The position numbers and the translations under genes were made by a program. A stretch of 64,000 nt of DNA from the NCBI GenBank assembly GCA_963812285.1, contig CAWEUR010000034.1, forward strand, positions 1,139 through 65,138. Reading direction: 5' to 3'. Source of the DNA: an uncultured Alphaproteobacteria bacterium. Lineage in GTDB: Bacteria > Pseudomonadota > Alphaproteobacteria > Rhizobiales > Kaistiaceae. Positions 49,593 to 59,439 of the stretch are shown here, in pieces (within the stretch, counting starts at the first letter, position 1; the number at the start of each line of letters is the position of its first letter). The notes beneath the pieces are model-generated. The model was not told the origin of the DNA. It did not search any database and was given only the letters and a program-made list of their open reading frames with translations.

Positions 49593-49895
49593 TACTTCAC
49601 CAGCGGCGCCGCCACGTCGCAACTCCACACGCGATCCCGACTTCCGATCCGGCGACGATGGCGTCCGGCGTCCTCGAATTTCGGACCATCGTCATCGGCC
49701 ATCGCTTCGGGTGGACCAGCTTGTATGCCGCGGGCGAAATGGCCCGGGGACAACTGCGGCCGCGACTGGCGGAAGGATCGTCGGCCCGATCGGGGTGCTC
49801 ACTCAAGAAGGCGCCGCCGGTCACAGGGTGGAAACCGCGGAGGAGGGGAGTCGAATTCAACGTAAGCCGGCGGCGCGCCGGCCCGGAAATTTCAG

Positions 49896-51623
49896 ATGAC
49901 CGCATCAGCCTCTCCGACCGCCGATCCGAATTACAAGTGGATCGCGCTCTCCAACACCACGCTTGGCATCCTCGCCGCCACGCTCAACGCCTCGATCCTG
50001 CTGATCAGCCTGCCGGCGATCTTTCGCGGCATCGGCCTTGATCCGCTCGAGCCGCAGAATATCAACTACCTGCTGTGGACGATCATGGGCTACATGATCG
50101 CCACCTCCGTGCTGGTCGTCGCCTGCGGCCGGCTGGGTGACATCTTTGGCCGCGCCCGCGCCTACAATGCCGGCTTCGCCATCTTCACCCTCGCCGCTAT
50201 CGGCCTCTCCTTCATTCCGGGCAAAGGCGCCGATGCGGCGCTCTACATGATCATCCTGCGCATCGCGCAGGGCGTCGGCGGCGCGCTGCTCATGGCCAAC
50301 GCCACCGCGATCCTCATCGACGCCTTCCCGCCCCGTCAGCGCGGCCTCGCCCTCGGTATCAATTCGATCGCGGCGATCGGCGGCTCTTTTCTCGGCCTGA
50401 TCATCGGCGGTCTGCTCGCCGACTGGGACTGGCGCCTGGTCTTCTGGGTCAACGTCCCCGTCGGCCTCGTCGGCACGGTCTGGGGTCTTTGGAAGCTGCG
50501 CACGATCCGCCCGCCACGCCGCGAGACGCTCGACTGGGCCGGCACCATCTCCTTCGGCCTGGGGCTCGTCCTCATCCTCATCGCCATCACCGACGGCATC
50601 CAGCCGGCCGGCGCGAGCGTCATGAGTTGGGGCACGCCCCATATCCTGGCGCTGATGATCGGCGGGCTTGCCGTGCTCGCCGGCTTCGTCTTCATCGAGC
50701 GTGGCGTTGCCCGGCCGATCTTCGATCTTCGCCTGCTGCGCATCCGCCCCTTCCTTTTCGGCAATCTCGCCAGCCTCTTGAGCTCGGTCGGGCGCGGCGG
50801 CCTGCAGTTCATGCTGATCATCTGGCTGCAGGGAATCTGGCTGCCGCTACACGGCTACAGCTTCGAGTCGACGCCGCTCTGGGCAGGCATCTTCATGATT
50901 CCGCTCACCGTCGGCTTCCTCGTCGCCGGGCCGCTCTCCGGCTATCTGTCGGACCGCTTCGGCTCGCGCCCCTTCGCCGTCGGCGGCATGGTCCTCGGCG
51001 CCGCCGGCTTCCTCGCCCTCGTTCTCCTGCCGGCGGATTTTCCCTATTGGCTCTTCGCCCTGCTGCTCTTTGTCAACGGCGTCGGCAGTGGCCTCTTCAC
51101 CTCGCCCAACGCCATCCAGATCATGAACGCCGTCCCGCCGAACGAGCGCGGCCAGGCCTCCGGCGCGCGGGCCATGACCATGAACACCGGCCAGCTCCTG
51201 TCGATCGGCATCTTCTTCAGCCTGATGATCATCGGCCTGGCGCAGACCCTGCCGCACACGATGCGCACCGCGCTTGTCGCCGCCCATGTCCCGGTCGATG
51301 TCGCCGCCAAGGTCGCCGGGTCGCCGCCGGTCGCCAGCCTCTTCGCCGCCTTCCTCGGCTACAATCCGATGGGACGGCTGATCCCGGCCGATGTCCTCAA
51401 GGCCCTGCCGTCGGCTGACGCCGCGACCATCACCGGCGGGCACTTCTTCCCGGGCCTGATATCCGGCCCCTTCATGCACGGCCTCGCCTTCGCCTTCGGC
51501 TTTTCGACGATCCTCTATCTGCTCGCGGCGGTCGCCTCCTGGGCGGGCGGTGGGCGTTTCGTCCATCAGGAAGAGGAAGCGGCCTCCGGTGCTGCCGAGG
51601 CCGAGCAGGTCGCGGCCGAATAG
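49896..51623 (+). CDS. MFS transporter, DHA2 (EmrB/QacA-like, 14-TM) family
   Basis: 575-aa intact ORF with about 14 hydrophobic segments. MFS motif A-like GRLGDIFGRARAY and motif C-like region. Confidence 0.88.
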   Translation: MTASASPTADPNYKWIALSNTTLGILAATLNASILLISLPAIFRGIGLDPLEPQNINYLLWTIMGYMIATSVLVVACGRLGDIFGRARAYNAGFAIFTLAAIGLSFIPGKGADAALYMIILRIAQGVGGALLMANATAILIDAFPPRQRGLALGINSIAAIGGSFLGLIIGGLLADWDWRLVFWVNVPVGLVGTVWGLWKLRTIRPPRRETLDWAGTISFGLGLVLILIAITDGIQPAGASVMSWGTPHILALMIGGLAVLAGFVFIERGVARPIFDLRLLRIRPFLFGNLASLLSSVGRGGLQFMLIIWLQGIWLPLHGYSFESTPLWAGIFMIPLTVGFLVAGPLSGYLSDRFGSRPFAVGGMVLGAAGFLALVLLPADFPYWLFALLLFVNGVGSGLFTSPNAIQIMNAVPPNERGQASGARAMTMNTGQLLSIGIFFSLMIIGLAQTLPHTMRTALVAAHVPVDVAAKVAGSPPVASLFAAFLGYNPMGRLIPADVLKALPSADAATITGGHFFPGLISGPFMHGLAFAFGFSTILYLLAAVASWAGGGRFVHQEEEAASGAAEAEQVAAE

Positions 51624-51646
51624 TCGGGGCAGGAGAGGAGTAGTCA

Positions 51647-52498
51647 ATGGAACAGGAACGCCCGAGCCATACCGCTTATCAGGTGGCGGTGCTGCGTGCC
51701 CTCCACCAGCGCCTCGACGCGCCGAAAGTGTTCGACGATCCGTGGGCCGAGCGCGTCCTCGGCCCCGACCGCGACAAGGCTCTGGCGACGGCGGCCGAGA
51801 GCGCTGCCCGGTCTCTGCGCCTGCGCGCCACCCTGGTCGTGCGCAGCCGCGTCGTCGAGGAGGTGCTTGCTCGCGCTCTTGATCGCGGCGTGCGCCAATA
51901 TGTGCTCCTCGGCGCCGGCCTCGACACCTTCGCCTTCCGCAACACCGTGCCAGACCTGGCGATTTTTGAGGTCGATCATCCGGCGACGCAGGGCTGGAAA
52001 CGGCGGCGGCTGGAGCAGGCGGGTCTCGTCCCGCCCGAGGGGCTCCGTTTCGTGCCCGTCGACTTCGAGCACCAGAGCCTGCGCCAGCGGTTGGCCGAGG
52101 CCGGCTTCCATTTCGACGAGCCGGCGGTCTTCTCCCTGCTCGGCGTCGTGCCCTATGTCGATCGCGCCTCGGTGCTCGCGACCCTTGGCATGATCGCCTC
52201 AACCGCGTCCTCGGCGGAAATCGTCTTCGACTATTCCGAGCCCTTCGCCGCGGCCCCGGCCTCGGTGCGCGGCGCCTATGAGGCGGTCGCCGCCCGCGTC
52301 GCCGCCAGCGGCGAGCCCTGGGTCACCTTCTTCGCGCCCGAGGAGTTGCGCCGCGAACTGGCGGATCTGGGCTTCAGTTCTGTCGAGGACATGGACGCCG
52401 CGACGTTGAACGGTCGCTATTTCGCCGGCCGCGACGACGGCCTCGCCGTGCCGCCGCTCTTTCACGTCACGGTCGCTTCCGTCGGCCTTCCGGCCTGA
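51647..52498 (+). CDS. Class I SAM-dependent methyltransferase (TIGR00027 / leucine carboxyl methyltransferase-like)
   Basis: TAYQVAVLRALH...DDPWAE, VRQYVLLGAGLDTFAFR, EVDHPATQ and AVFSLLGVVPY. RBS AGGAGAGGAG lies upstream. Confidence 0.82.
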   Translation: MEQERPSHTAYQVAVLRALHQRLDAPKVFDDPWAERVLGPDRDKALATAAESAARSLRLRATLVVRSRVVEEVLARALDRGVRQYVLLGAGLDTFAFRNTVPDLAIFEVDHPATQGWKRRRLEQAGLVPPEGLRFVPVDFEHQSLRQRLAEAGFHFDEPAVFSLLGVVPYVDRASVLATLGMIASTASSAEIVFDYSEPFAAAPASVRGAYEAVAARVAASGEPWVTFFAPEELRRELADLGFSSVEDMDAATLNGRYFAGRDDGLAVPPLFHVTVASVGLPA

Positions 52499-52507
52499 CA
52501 GCCCGCC

Positions 52508-53890
52508 TCAGCTCACCCGGTTGCGCTCGATCGTCAGGTTGGGAAAGGTCTCGGCGCCCGTCTGCGCCAGGTCGCCGGTCGCCGTCTCGCGCCAGCGCAT
52601 GCCGAGGATTGCCGCGCGCTTGGCGCCGGAGATGAGGTTGTCGCTGACCATCGCCGAGCCGGTGCCCTCGACCACGCTGACGGTGATGCCGACAGGCGAG
52701 CGGCGGATGACGTTGCCGGTCGCCGCGACATCGCGCAGGAACGGCCCCCAGCCGATCGACAGCCCATAGAGCGGCGCCCCGTCGATGACATTGCCGGTGA
52801 CCGAGGCGTCGGCCTCGACACCGATGCCGCGCCCGAAGCCGGGCGGGTCGACCTTGTAGGGGCCCTTGCCGGTCAGGTTGCGCACGATGTTGCCGGAGAT
52901 GACGGCAAGGTGGCCACCCTCGTTGAAATTGGTGACGCTGATGCCGGTCGCGGCGCCGTCGACGAGGTTGTTGGCGATGATCGCCCCCTCGAAGCTGAAC
53001 TCCGAATAGATGCCGACCTCGCCCATGCGTGAGCAATTGTTGCCGGTGATGTGGACGTTGTTGGCCGAGTTGGCGCGCACCGCGGTGAAGGCGCAGTCGG
53101 CGATGCGGTTGTTCGAGACGATGACCGAGTGGGCGCGAAAGACGTTGATGCCGTTGCCGTATTCGCCCGTCCCACCGGCCTTGGCGGCGATGCGCTCGAC
53201 CCGGTTGCCGGAAACGATCGTGCCGTCCTCGCCCTCGCTCCAACGCCAGACGAGGATGCCGCCATTGGCGCAGTCGGCCACGACATTGTCGGTGATCGAC
53301 AGGCCCTTCGACTCGATGGCGCGGATGCCGGCCGACATCGCTCCGGTGATCATGTTGCGGTCGATGCGGCCCGAGGACCGGTCGATCGCCAGGCCGCTCT
53401 TGGCGCTGCCGAGGATGCGGCAGTTCTCCACCGAGACGCCCTTGGAATTGGCGATATGGACGAGGCCAGGCACGTAGTCGGCTAGCGGCGCGTTGGCGCC
53501 GTCGATGGTCAGCCCGTCCAGCGCCACCACCTGGCAGTTCTCGGCGATCATCATGTGGCCGTCGCCGCCATAGACCAGCGTCGTCGCGCCCGGAATGCCG
53601 TGGATGCGCGTACGCGTCGGCAGCATCAGGTTGGAGATGACGTAGCGGCCGGGCGGCAGGAAGATCTGCTGGTTGGCGGCCGAGGCGTCGTCGATCAGGC
53701 GCTGGATCTGCCGGGTCTGGTTGTCCTGGCTGCCCGGCTGGACGCCATATTCGTTGGGGTCGAGAGTCCGGCGCAAGGCTGGCGGCGAACCACCCTCGTC
53801 ACTGGCGTGGTCGGGCACGGACGCCGAGGCCGCGTTGGGCGAAAGGGCGGCGACGCCGAGGGCGCCGGTAAGGAAGCTGCGGCGATCCAT
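52508..53890 (-). CDS. Tat-exported right-handed parallel beta-helix repeat protein (TIGR03808-like)
   Basis: Twin-arginine signal MDRRSFLTGALGVAALSP, followed by many about 22-residue repeats of the type ...ITGN.I......GI... Confidence 0.8.
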   Translation of the reverse strand: MDRRSFLTGALGVAALSPNAASASVPDHASDEGGSPPALRRTLDPNEYGVQPGSQDNQTRQIQRLIDDASAANQQIFLPPGRYVISNLMLPTRTRIHGIPGATTLVYGGDGHMMIAENCQVVALDGLTIDGANAPLADYVPGLVHIANSKGVSVENCRILGSAKSGLAIDRSSGRIDRNMITGAMSAGIRAIESKGLSITDNVVADCANGGILVWRWSEGEDGTIVSGNRVERIAAKAGGTGEYGNGINVFRAHSVIVSNNRIADCAFTAVRANSANNVHITGNNCSRMGEVGIYSEFSFEGAIIANNLVDGAATGISVTNFNEGGHLAVISGNIVRNLTGKGPYKVDPPGFGRGIGVEADASVTGNVIDGAPLYGLSIGWGPFLRDVAATGNVIRRSPVGITVSVVEGTGSAMVSDNLISGAKRAAILGMRWRETATGDLAQTGAETFPNLTIERNRVS

Positions 53891-53964
53891 GATGGTCTCC
53901 GGTCAAGGTTTGCCGAAGACCACTCAACTTTCATGCCGCCAATTCCGTGCCAGATCGGGACGGA

Positions 53965-54360
53965 TCAGGCGGGAAAGGCGGACGGGACATCCGTCCTGGA
54001 AAAGTCATCACCCTTATAGAGAAGCGGCTCGCCCGTTTCCTTCGCCAGCGCATAGGCGAAGCAGTCGCCGAAGTTGAGCGCCGCTTCGTGTCGGCCAGCC
54101 CCATATGTGACCCGCGCATGGCGAGCGTGAACGGCCTGCCGCTCGGTGAAGGGAACCTGTTCGACGTGGATCGCTTGGAGGAATTGGTCGAGGACAACCA
54201 GTCCCGTCGGGCCGATCCGCCGATCGATGACATTCACCAGTTCGACATAGGTTGCCGATGACAGCTTGAGGCTATCCGCGCGCAGCATCAAGTCCGCGAA
54301 TTCCCGGGCTTCCGGTTCCTTCCTCAGAACGGCGACAACGGCCGAACTGTCGAGGATCAC
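53965..54360 (-). CDS. vapC: Type II toxin, PIN-domain ribonuclease VapC
   Basis: MILDSSAVVAVL..., SSATYVELVNV and NFGDCFAYALAKETGEPLLYKGDDF. It overlaps the antitoxin stop by 4 nt. Confidence 0.88.
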   Translation of the reverse strand: MILDSSAVVAVLRKEPEAREFADLMLRADSLKLSSATYVELVNVIDRRIGPTGLVVLDQFLQAIHVEQVPFTERQAVHARHARVTYGAGRHEAALNFGDCFAYALAKETGEPLLYKGDDFSRTDVPSAFPA

Positions 54361-54620
54361 TTCGGCAGCCCTTCCTCGTCATAAAGGATCGTGTCGATGT
54401 CCGTGGAGGTGAATTCGCCTTCGACGAGGTCGCCAAACGCGTCGGCGATCTTCATCAGATCCTCAACCGTTGCCGTGGTTGCGGGCTTCCGGTCGGGCGG
54501 CACGAGCTTGGCGACCGGCTTTCCCCTGCGGGTAATGACCAGTTCTTCGCCGCGCTCCACGCGCTCGACGAGGGCGGAAAGCTTCGTCTTTGCCTCGAAA
54601 ATACCGACCGTCGCCGTCAT
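54357..54620 (-). CDS. Type II antitoxin, Phd/YefM family
   Basis: MTATVGIFEAKTKLSALVERVERGEELVITRRGKPVAKLVP is a typical Phd/YefM N-domain. ATG 54620 follows GGGAAG. Confidence 0.85.
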   Translation of the reverse strand: MTATVGIFEAKTKLSALVERVERGEELVITRRGKPVAKLVPPDRKPATTATVEDLMKIADAFGDLVEGEFTSTDIDTILYDEEGLPK

Positions 54621-54636
54621 CGCGGACTTCCCAATC

Positions 54637-54652
54637 AACTAGCCAACTAGTT
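54637..54652. promoter_or_regulatory. Repeated AACTAG motif / AACTAGTT palindrome upstream of the Phd-VapC operon; candidate operator
   Basis: AACTAG-cc-AACTAGTT starts 17 nt upstream of the antitoxin start and sits next to the -10-like TAAACT on the minus strand. Confidence 0.4.
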
Positions 54653-54707
54653 TATTGAAGATAGGGCCGGTTGCGTTGCGGGACAAGGGGGAGGCGGGGC
54701 CGCTGCC

Positions 54708-56936
54708 CTACCGCCCGGACAGCGCCGCCTCGATTGGCGGGAAATTGCTCTTGGCGGGCGGCTCGTAGCCAAGGCGCCGGTTGAGCTCGCCGATGAGGGC
54801 GGCGGCGGCATTGGCGATGACCGTGCCCGGCGGGAAGATCGCCGCCGCGCCCGCCTCGCGCAGGGCATCATAGTCCCGCGGTGGGACGACGCCGCCGACG
54901 ACGACCATGATGTCGGGACGGCCCGCCGCTTCGAGCGCCTGCTTCAGCGCCGGCACCAGGGTCAGGTGCCCGGCGGCCAGCGACGACACGCCGACGATGT
55001 GCACGTCCTTTTCGATGGCGAGCGCCGCCGCTTCCTCCGGCGTCTGGAAGAGCGGGCCGACATCGACGTCGAAACCGAGATCGGCGAAGGCCGAGGCGAT
55101 CACCTTCTGGCCGCGGTCGTGGCCGTCCTGGCCCATCTTGGCGACGAGGATGCGTGGCCGGCGCCCGTCCTGGGCCTCGAAATGCTCGATGAGGGCGTCG
55201 ACCGCGGCGACGTCCTCACTCGCCTCGCCGATCGCCTGGCGGTAGACGCCGGAGATGGTGCGCGTGTCGGCGCGGAAGCGGCCATAGGCATCTTCCAGCG
55301 CAAGGCTTATCTCGCCGACGGTCGCCCGGGCCCGCGCCGCCGCCACCGAAAGCGCAAGCAGGTTGCCCGTGCCCTCGGACGCCGCAACGCGCAGGGCGTC
55401 GAGCGCTGCTGTCACCGCGATGTCGTCGCGCTCCGCCTTGAGCCGCCTCAGCTTCTCGATCTGCGCCGCTCGCACGGCCGAATTGTCGACCCTGAGCACG
55501 TCGAGCGGTGGCTCGTCGAGAGCACGGTAGCGGTTGACGCCGACGACGATCTGGCTGCCGGAATCGATCCGCGCCTGGGTCCGCGCCGCTGCCTGCTCGA
55601 TTCTGAGCTTCGGCAACCCCGCCTCGATCGCCCTGGTCATGCCGCCGAGCTCGTCCACTTCGGCGATGTGCTCCAGCGCGCGGGCGGCGAGGTCATGGGT
55701 CAGGCGCTCGACATAGAAGGAGCCGCCCCAGGGATCGATGATCCGCGTCGTGCCGGATTCCTGTTGCAAGAAGAGCTGCGTATTGCGAGCGATCCGCGCC
55801 GAGAAGTCCGAGGGCAGCGCCAGCGCCTCGTCGAGCGCGTTGGTATGCAGCGACTGCGTCCCGCCCTGCGTCGCCGCCATCGCCTCGACGGTCGTGCGCA
55901 CCACGTTGTTGAAGACGTCCTGCGCCGTCAGCGACCAGCCGGAGGTCTGGCAATGGGTCCGCAGCGACAGCGAGCGCGCATCCGTCGGCCCGGAGCGCTC
56001 GCGCATGAGCTTGGCCCACAGCAGCCGCGCCGCCCGCAGCTTCGCCACCTCCATGAAGAAGTTCATGCCGATGCAGAAGAAGAAGGAAAGCCGTGGCGCG
56101 AACGCATCCACCTTGAGGCCCGCCGCTTCGCCCGCCTTCACATATTCGAGCCCATCGGCGAGCGTGTAGGCGAGTTCGAGATCCGCCGTCGCCCCGGCCT
56201 CTTGCATGTGATAGCCGGAGACCGAGATCGAGTTGAACTTCGGCATGTGCTCGGCCGTATAGGCGATGATGTCGCCGACAATCCTGAGCGAGGGCTCCGG
56301 CGGATAGATGTAGGTGTTGCGGACCATGAACTCCTTGAGCACGTCGTTCTGGATCGTGCCGGCGAGCTTGGCCTGGTCGACGCCCTGTTCCTCCGCCGCC
56401 ACGATATAGAGCGCCATCACCGGCAGCACGGCGCCGTTCATGGTCATCGACACGCTGATCCGGTCGAGCGGAATGCCCGAGAAGAGGGTGCGCATGTCGA
56501 GGATCGAGTCGATCGCCACGCCGGCCATGCCGACATCGCCCGCCACCCGCGGATGGTCGGAATCGTAGCCGCGGTGGGTGGCGAGATCGAAGGCGATCGA
56601 CAGGCCCTTCTGCCCGGCGGCGAGGTTGCGCCGGTAGAATGCGTTCAATTCCTCCGCCGTCGAGAAGCCGGCATATTGCCGGATCGTCCACGGCTTCTGG
56701 ACATACATGGTCGGGTAGGGGCCGCGCAGATAGGGTGGCAGGCCCGGCCAGCCTTGCAGCGTGTCGAGCCCGTCCCGGTCCGCCGGTCCATAGGCGCTCT
56801 TGACCGGAATCCCTTCTGGCGTCAGCCACGTCGCCGCCGCCGACACCCTCGCCGGGCGCGGCGCCTTCCAGGAAACCTTCGCGAAATCCGGCAGGGACGA
56901 TCCACCTGCCGGAGACTTGCCGTGCGAGGCCGTCAC
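54708..56936 (-). CDS. scpA: Methylmalonyl-CoA mutase (single-chain, adenosylcobalamin-dependent)
   Basis: [49 protein letters not shown] and the B12-binding DxHxxG motif ([14 protein letters not shown]). A GTG start at 56936 is assumed; the upstream part of ORF 54708-57308 is out-of-frame overlap. Confidence 0.9.
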   Translation of the reverse strand: MTASHGKSPAGGSSLPDFAKVSWKAPRPARVSAAATWLTPEGIPVKSAYGPADRDGLDTLQGWPGLPPYLRGPYPTMYVQKPWTIRQYAGFSTAEELNAFYRRNLAAGQKGLSIAFDLATHRGYDSDHPRVAGDVGMAGVAIDSILDMRTLFSGIPLDRISVSMTMNGAVLPVMALYIVAAEEQGVDQAKLAGTIQNDVLKEFMVRNTYIYPPEPSLRIVGDIIAYTAEHMPKFNSISVSGYHMQEAGATADLELAYTLADGLEYVKAGEAAGLKVDAFAPRLSFFFCIGMNFFMEVAKLRAARLLWAKLMRERSGPTDARSLSLRTHCQTSGWSLTAQDVFNNVVRTTVEAMAATQGGTQSLHTNALDEALALPSDFSARIARNTQLFLQQESGTTRIIDPWGGSFYVERLTHDLAARALEHIAEVDELGGMTRAIEAGLPKLRIEQAAARTQARIDSGSQIVVGVNRYRALDEPPLDVLRVDNSAVRAAQIEKLRRLKAERDDIAVTAALDALRVAASEGTGNLLALSVAAARARATVGEISLALEDAYGRFRADTRTISGVYRQAIGEASEDVAAVDALIEHFEAQDGRRPRILVAKMGQDGHDRGQKVIASAFADLGFDVDVGPLFQTPEEAAALAIEKDVHIVGVSSLAAGHLTLVPALKQALEAAGRPDIMVVVGGVVPPRDYDALREAGAAAIFPPGTVIANAAAALIGELNRRLGYEPPAKSNFPPIEAALSGR

Positions 56937-57295
56937 TTCTTCTCCGCGTGCCAGCGTCCCGAGCAGTTCGCCACCGGCACCGACCAGCGGCCGGCACCCG
57001 AATGCTCGTTGAGCCCGCCCGTGCCCTCCAGTCTGAAGCTGCCGTAGTCGAAGACCACGTTGACCCGTCCGCGCGGGCTGACGCCGCCCTGCGCTTCCAG
57101 GATCCTGCCACCGACATAGGCAACATGGCCATTGTCGATCCGGACCGTGAACCGGAACCCGCTCGGGCAGCCGTTCCGTTCGGCATCCTGGGTCACCGAC
57201 CACTGGCCGTTGAACTGCCCGTTGGCCTCGGCCACTTGGCCTCCCATGAGCGCGCCGGCAAGCGCGACTGCGATCATCACAACAATACGACGCAT
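56933..57295 (-). CDS. Small secreted hypothetical protein
   Basis: Signal peptide [24 protein letters not shown], then about 95 aa with two Cys. The stop overlaps the mutase GTG start (GTGA). Confidence 0.55.
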   Translation of the reverse strand: MRRIVVMIAVALAGALMGGQVAEANGQFNGQWSVTQDAERNGCPSGFRFTVRIDNGHVAYVGGRILEAQGGVSPRGRVNVVFDYGSFRLEGTGGLNEHSGAGRWSVPVANCSGRWHAEKK

Positions 57296-57437
57296 AGCCT
57301 TCCCCCAAAGCCTATCGAGACCAGTATAGGCCGCCTCGCCGGGAGGAACCACCCGGGGGCGCGGGCCGATTCGAACGCCGAGTTTCTCGCGGAAAACCTT
57401 GAGGAAATGTGACAGCCGGCCGCGGGCGGGCCGCCTG

Positions 57438-59425
57438 CTAGCTGGTCAATCGCGCCGCTTTCGGCGCCTTCTTTGCCGGCTCCGCTTCGGCGGGCTGACG
57501 AAAGTTCTTGAGGATGCAGGCCGCCACATCCGACGCCGGCATCGGTTTGTCGAAATAGAAACCCTGCATCTGGTCGGCCGCGGCGCCCTCGAGGAAAGCA
57601 ACCTGTTTCGCGGTCTCGACGCCTTCGACCGTCACTGCCATGTGAAGCTGGCGGCTGAGCCCGATAATGGTGCGCACCACCGTCTCGGAATCGCCCGTCG
57701 CATCGTCGAAGGCGCTCATGAAGCTGCGGTCGATCTTGATCTTGTCGAAGGGGAAGCGCCACAGATAGCTGAGGCTCGAATAGCCGGTGCCGAAATCGTC
57801 CATCACCACCGAGACGCCCATAGCCTTCAGCGCGCGCAGCTCCCGCATGACCTCGTCACTGTCGCGCAGAAGCAGCCGCTCGGTGACTTCGATCTCGAGG
57901 CGGTCCGGTGCGAGGCCGGTCTCGTCGAGAGCGCTCCTGACGATGTCGACGACCTTGCTTTCCTCGAACTGAGCCGGCGATAGATTGACGGCGACGGTCA
58001 GTTCTTCGGGCCAGGAGACGGCGGCGCGGCAGGCGGAGCGGATTACCCAGGCGCCGATCTCGCCGATCAGGTGGAGGTCTTCCGCGACTGGGATCAACGT
58101 CAGCGGCTCGATCAGCGTCCCGTCATCCTGAGGCAGTCGTATCAGGGCTTCGAAGCCGGTCAGGTGCTGCCCTTGGGTTTCGAACAACGGCTGGAAGTGC
58201 AGGACGAAGCCTTGCTTCTGGGTCGCCTCGCGCACCTGTCGCTCAAGCTTCAACCGGGCTCGCAGTTCGGCATCCATCTCCGGCAGGAAGAAATGGAAGC
58301 GGTTGCGCCCCGCCGCCTTGCTCGCATAGAGCGCCAGGTCGGCGCATTTGAGCAGGCGCTCCGAGGTCGTGCCGTCGGTCGGCACCATCGCGATGCCAAG
58401 GCTCGCTTCCGGACGGAGTTCGAAGCCTTCGAATTGCAGCGGCGCGCGCAGCGTGTTCAGCAGACGCTCGGCGAAGTGCCCGGCCTCCTGCTTGTCGGTG
58501 ACCGAATCCTGAACGACCACGAACTCGTCGCCGCCGAGACGGGCGACGAAATCGCCCATTCGCGTCGCCGCTTTCAGCCGTTCGGCGATCGACTTCAGGA
58601 GGAAGTCGCCGCCATCGTGTCCCAGCGTGTCGTTGATCTCCTTGAACTTGTCGAGGTCGATGAAATGGAGGGCGAGGCCGTTGCCCTCCGACACGCGCGC
58701 GACGATGGCATTGTCGAGGCGCTCCATCAGGCGCGAGCGGTTGGTCAGCCCGGTCAGCGCGTCGTGATGGGCGAGGAAGTGAATGCGCCGGTCGGCGATC
58801 TGATTCTCCTTGCTGCGACGGTACCAGGCGATCGCTGGCGCACCGAAGGCGAGCGCGACAAGCAGGCTCAATCCGCTGCCGGCGGTGAACAGCGTCTTGA
58901 GGACGACTGACCGCGCCTCGGTCTGGTCGACGAAGGCACTGATCGCGGCGACCGGCTTGCCGTCGACGACGACTGGCACGAAGGCACGCGAATAATATGC
59001 CGGTCGGTCGGGTGTGGACCCTTCGATCGCGTCGGTCACCGGCTTGCCGGTCTCGATCGCGCGAAGCGCTTCCGGGCTGAAATCAGAGACATCGACCGGC
59101 GTCACGGCCTTCTCGGACACGAGCTGCGAGTAGCCGGCGGTGTTGTAGATGACGTAGCGGAAGACCGAACCGGTCTTCCGCGCCCAGTCGAAGAAGGCCA
59201 TGCTTTCGCTGGACGGCGCCTCGCCGTTGGCGATCTGCGCGATGTCGGGAACATTCTTGGCAAGCGTCTGGGCCCAGCCATTGGCCATGTCCGTGGCGGT
59301 GCGGTAAAGCAGGTAGTCCGTCGTCGCCTTCACCGCGAACCAGGTACCGGCGACCACGACGACCAGGGCCACGACGATGATGCGTATGTTGCGACGCAGG
59401 GGCTTGTCGTCGAGATAGTCTTTCA
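57438..59425 (-). CDS. Membrane sensor with periplasmic domain, GGDEF diguanylate cyclase domain and EAL phosphodiesterase domain
   Basis: Two TM segments flank a periplasmic domain of about 200 aa (Cache-like VPVVVDGKPVAAISAFVD). Intact GGDEF (RLGGDEFVV) and EAL (GFEALIRL, DDFGTGYSS) motifs. TTG 59425 lies 15 nt after the upstream gene stop, so the start is uncertain. Confidence 0.85.
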
Positions 59426-59439
59426 ATGCCGTGGCTGCC

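Noticed and set aside
49700-49760. Possible guanidine-I (ykkC) riboswitch-like segment GCCGCGGGCGAAATGGCCCGGGGACA upstream of the MFS transporter
   Set aside because: Only the 3' hairpin loosely resembles the ACGG-CGGGA...GCCCGGGAGA element. The conserved 5' elements (CUAGGGUUCCG, GGUCCGAGAG) are absent. A covariance-model scan is needed before making any claim.
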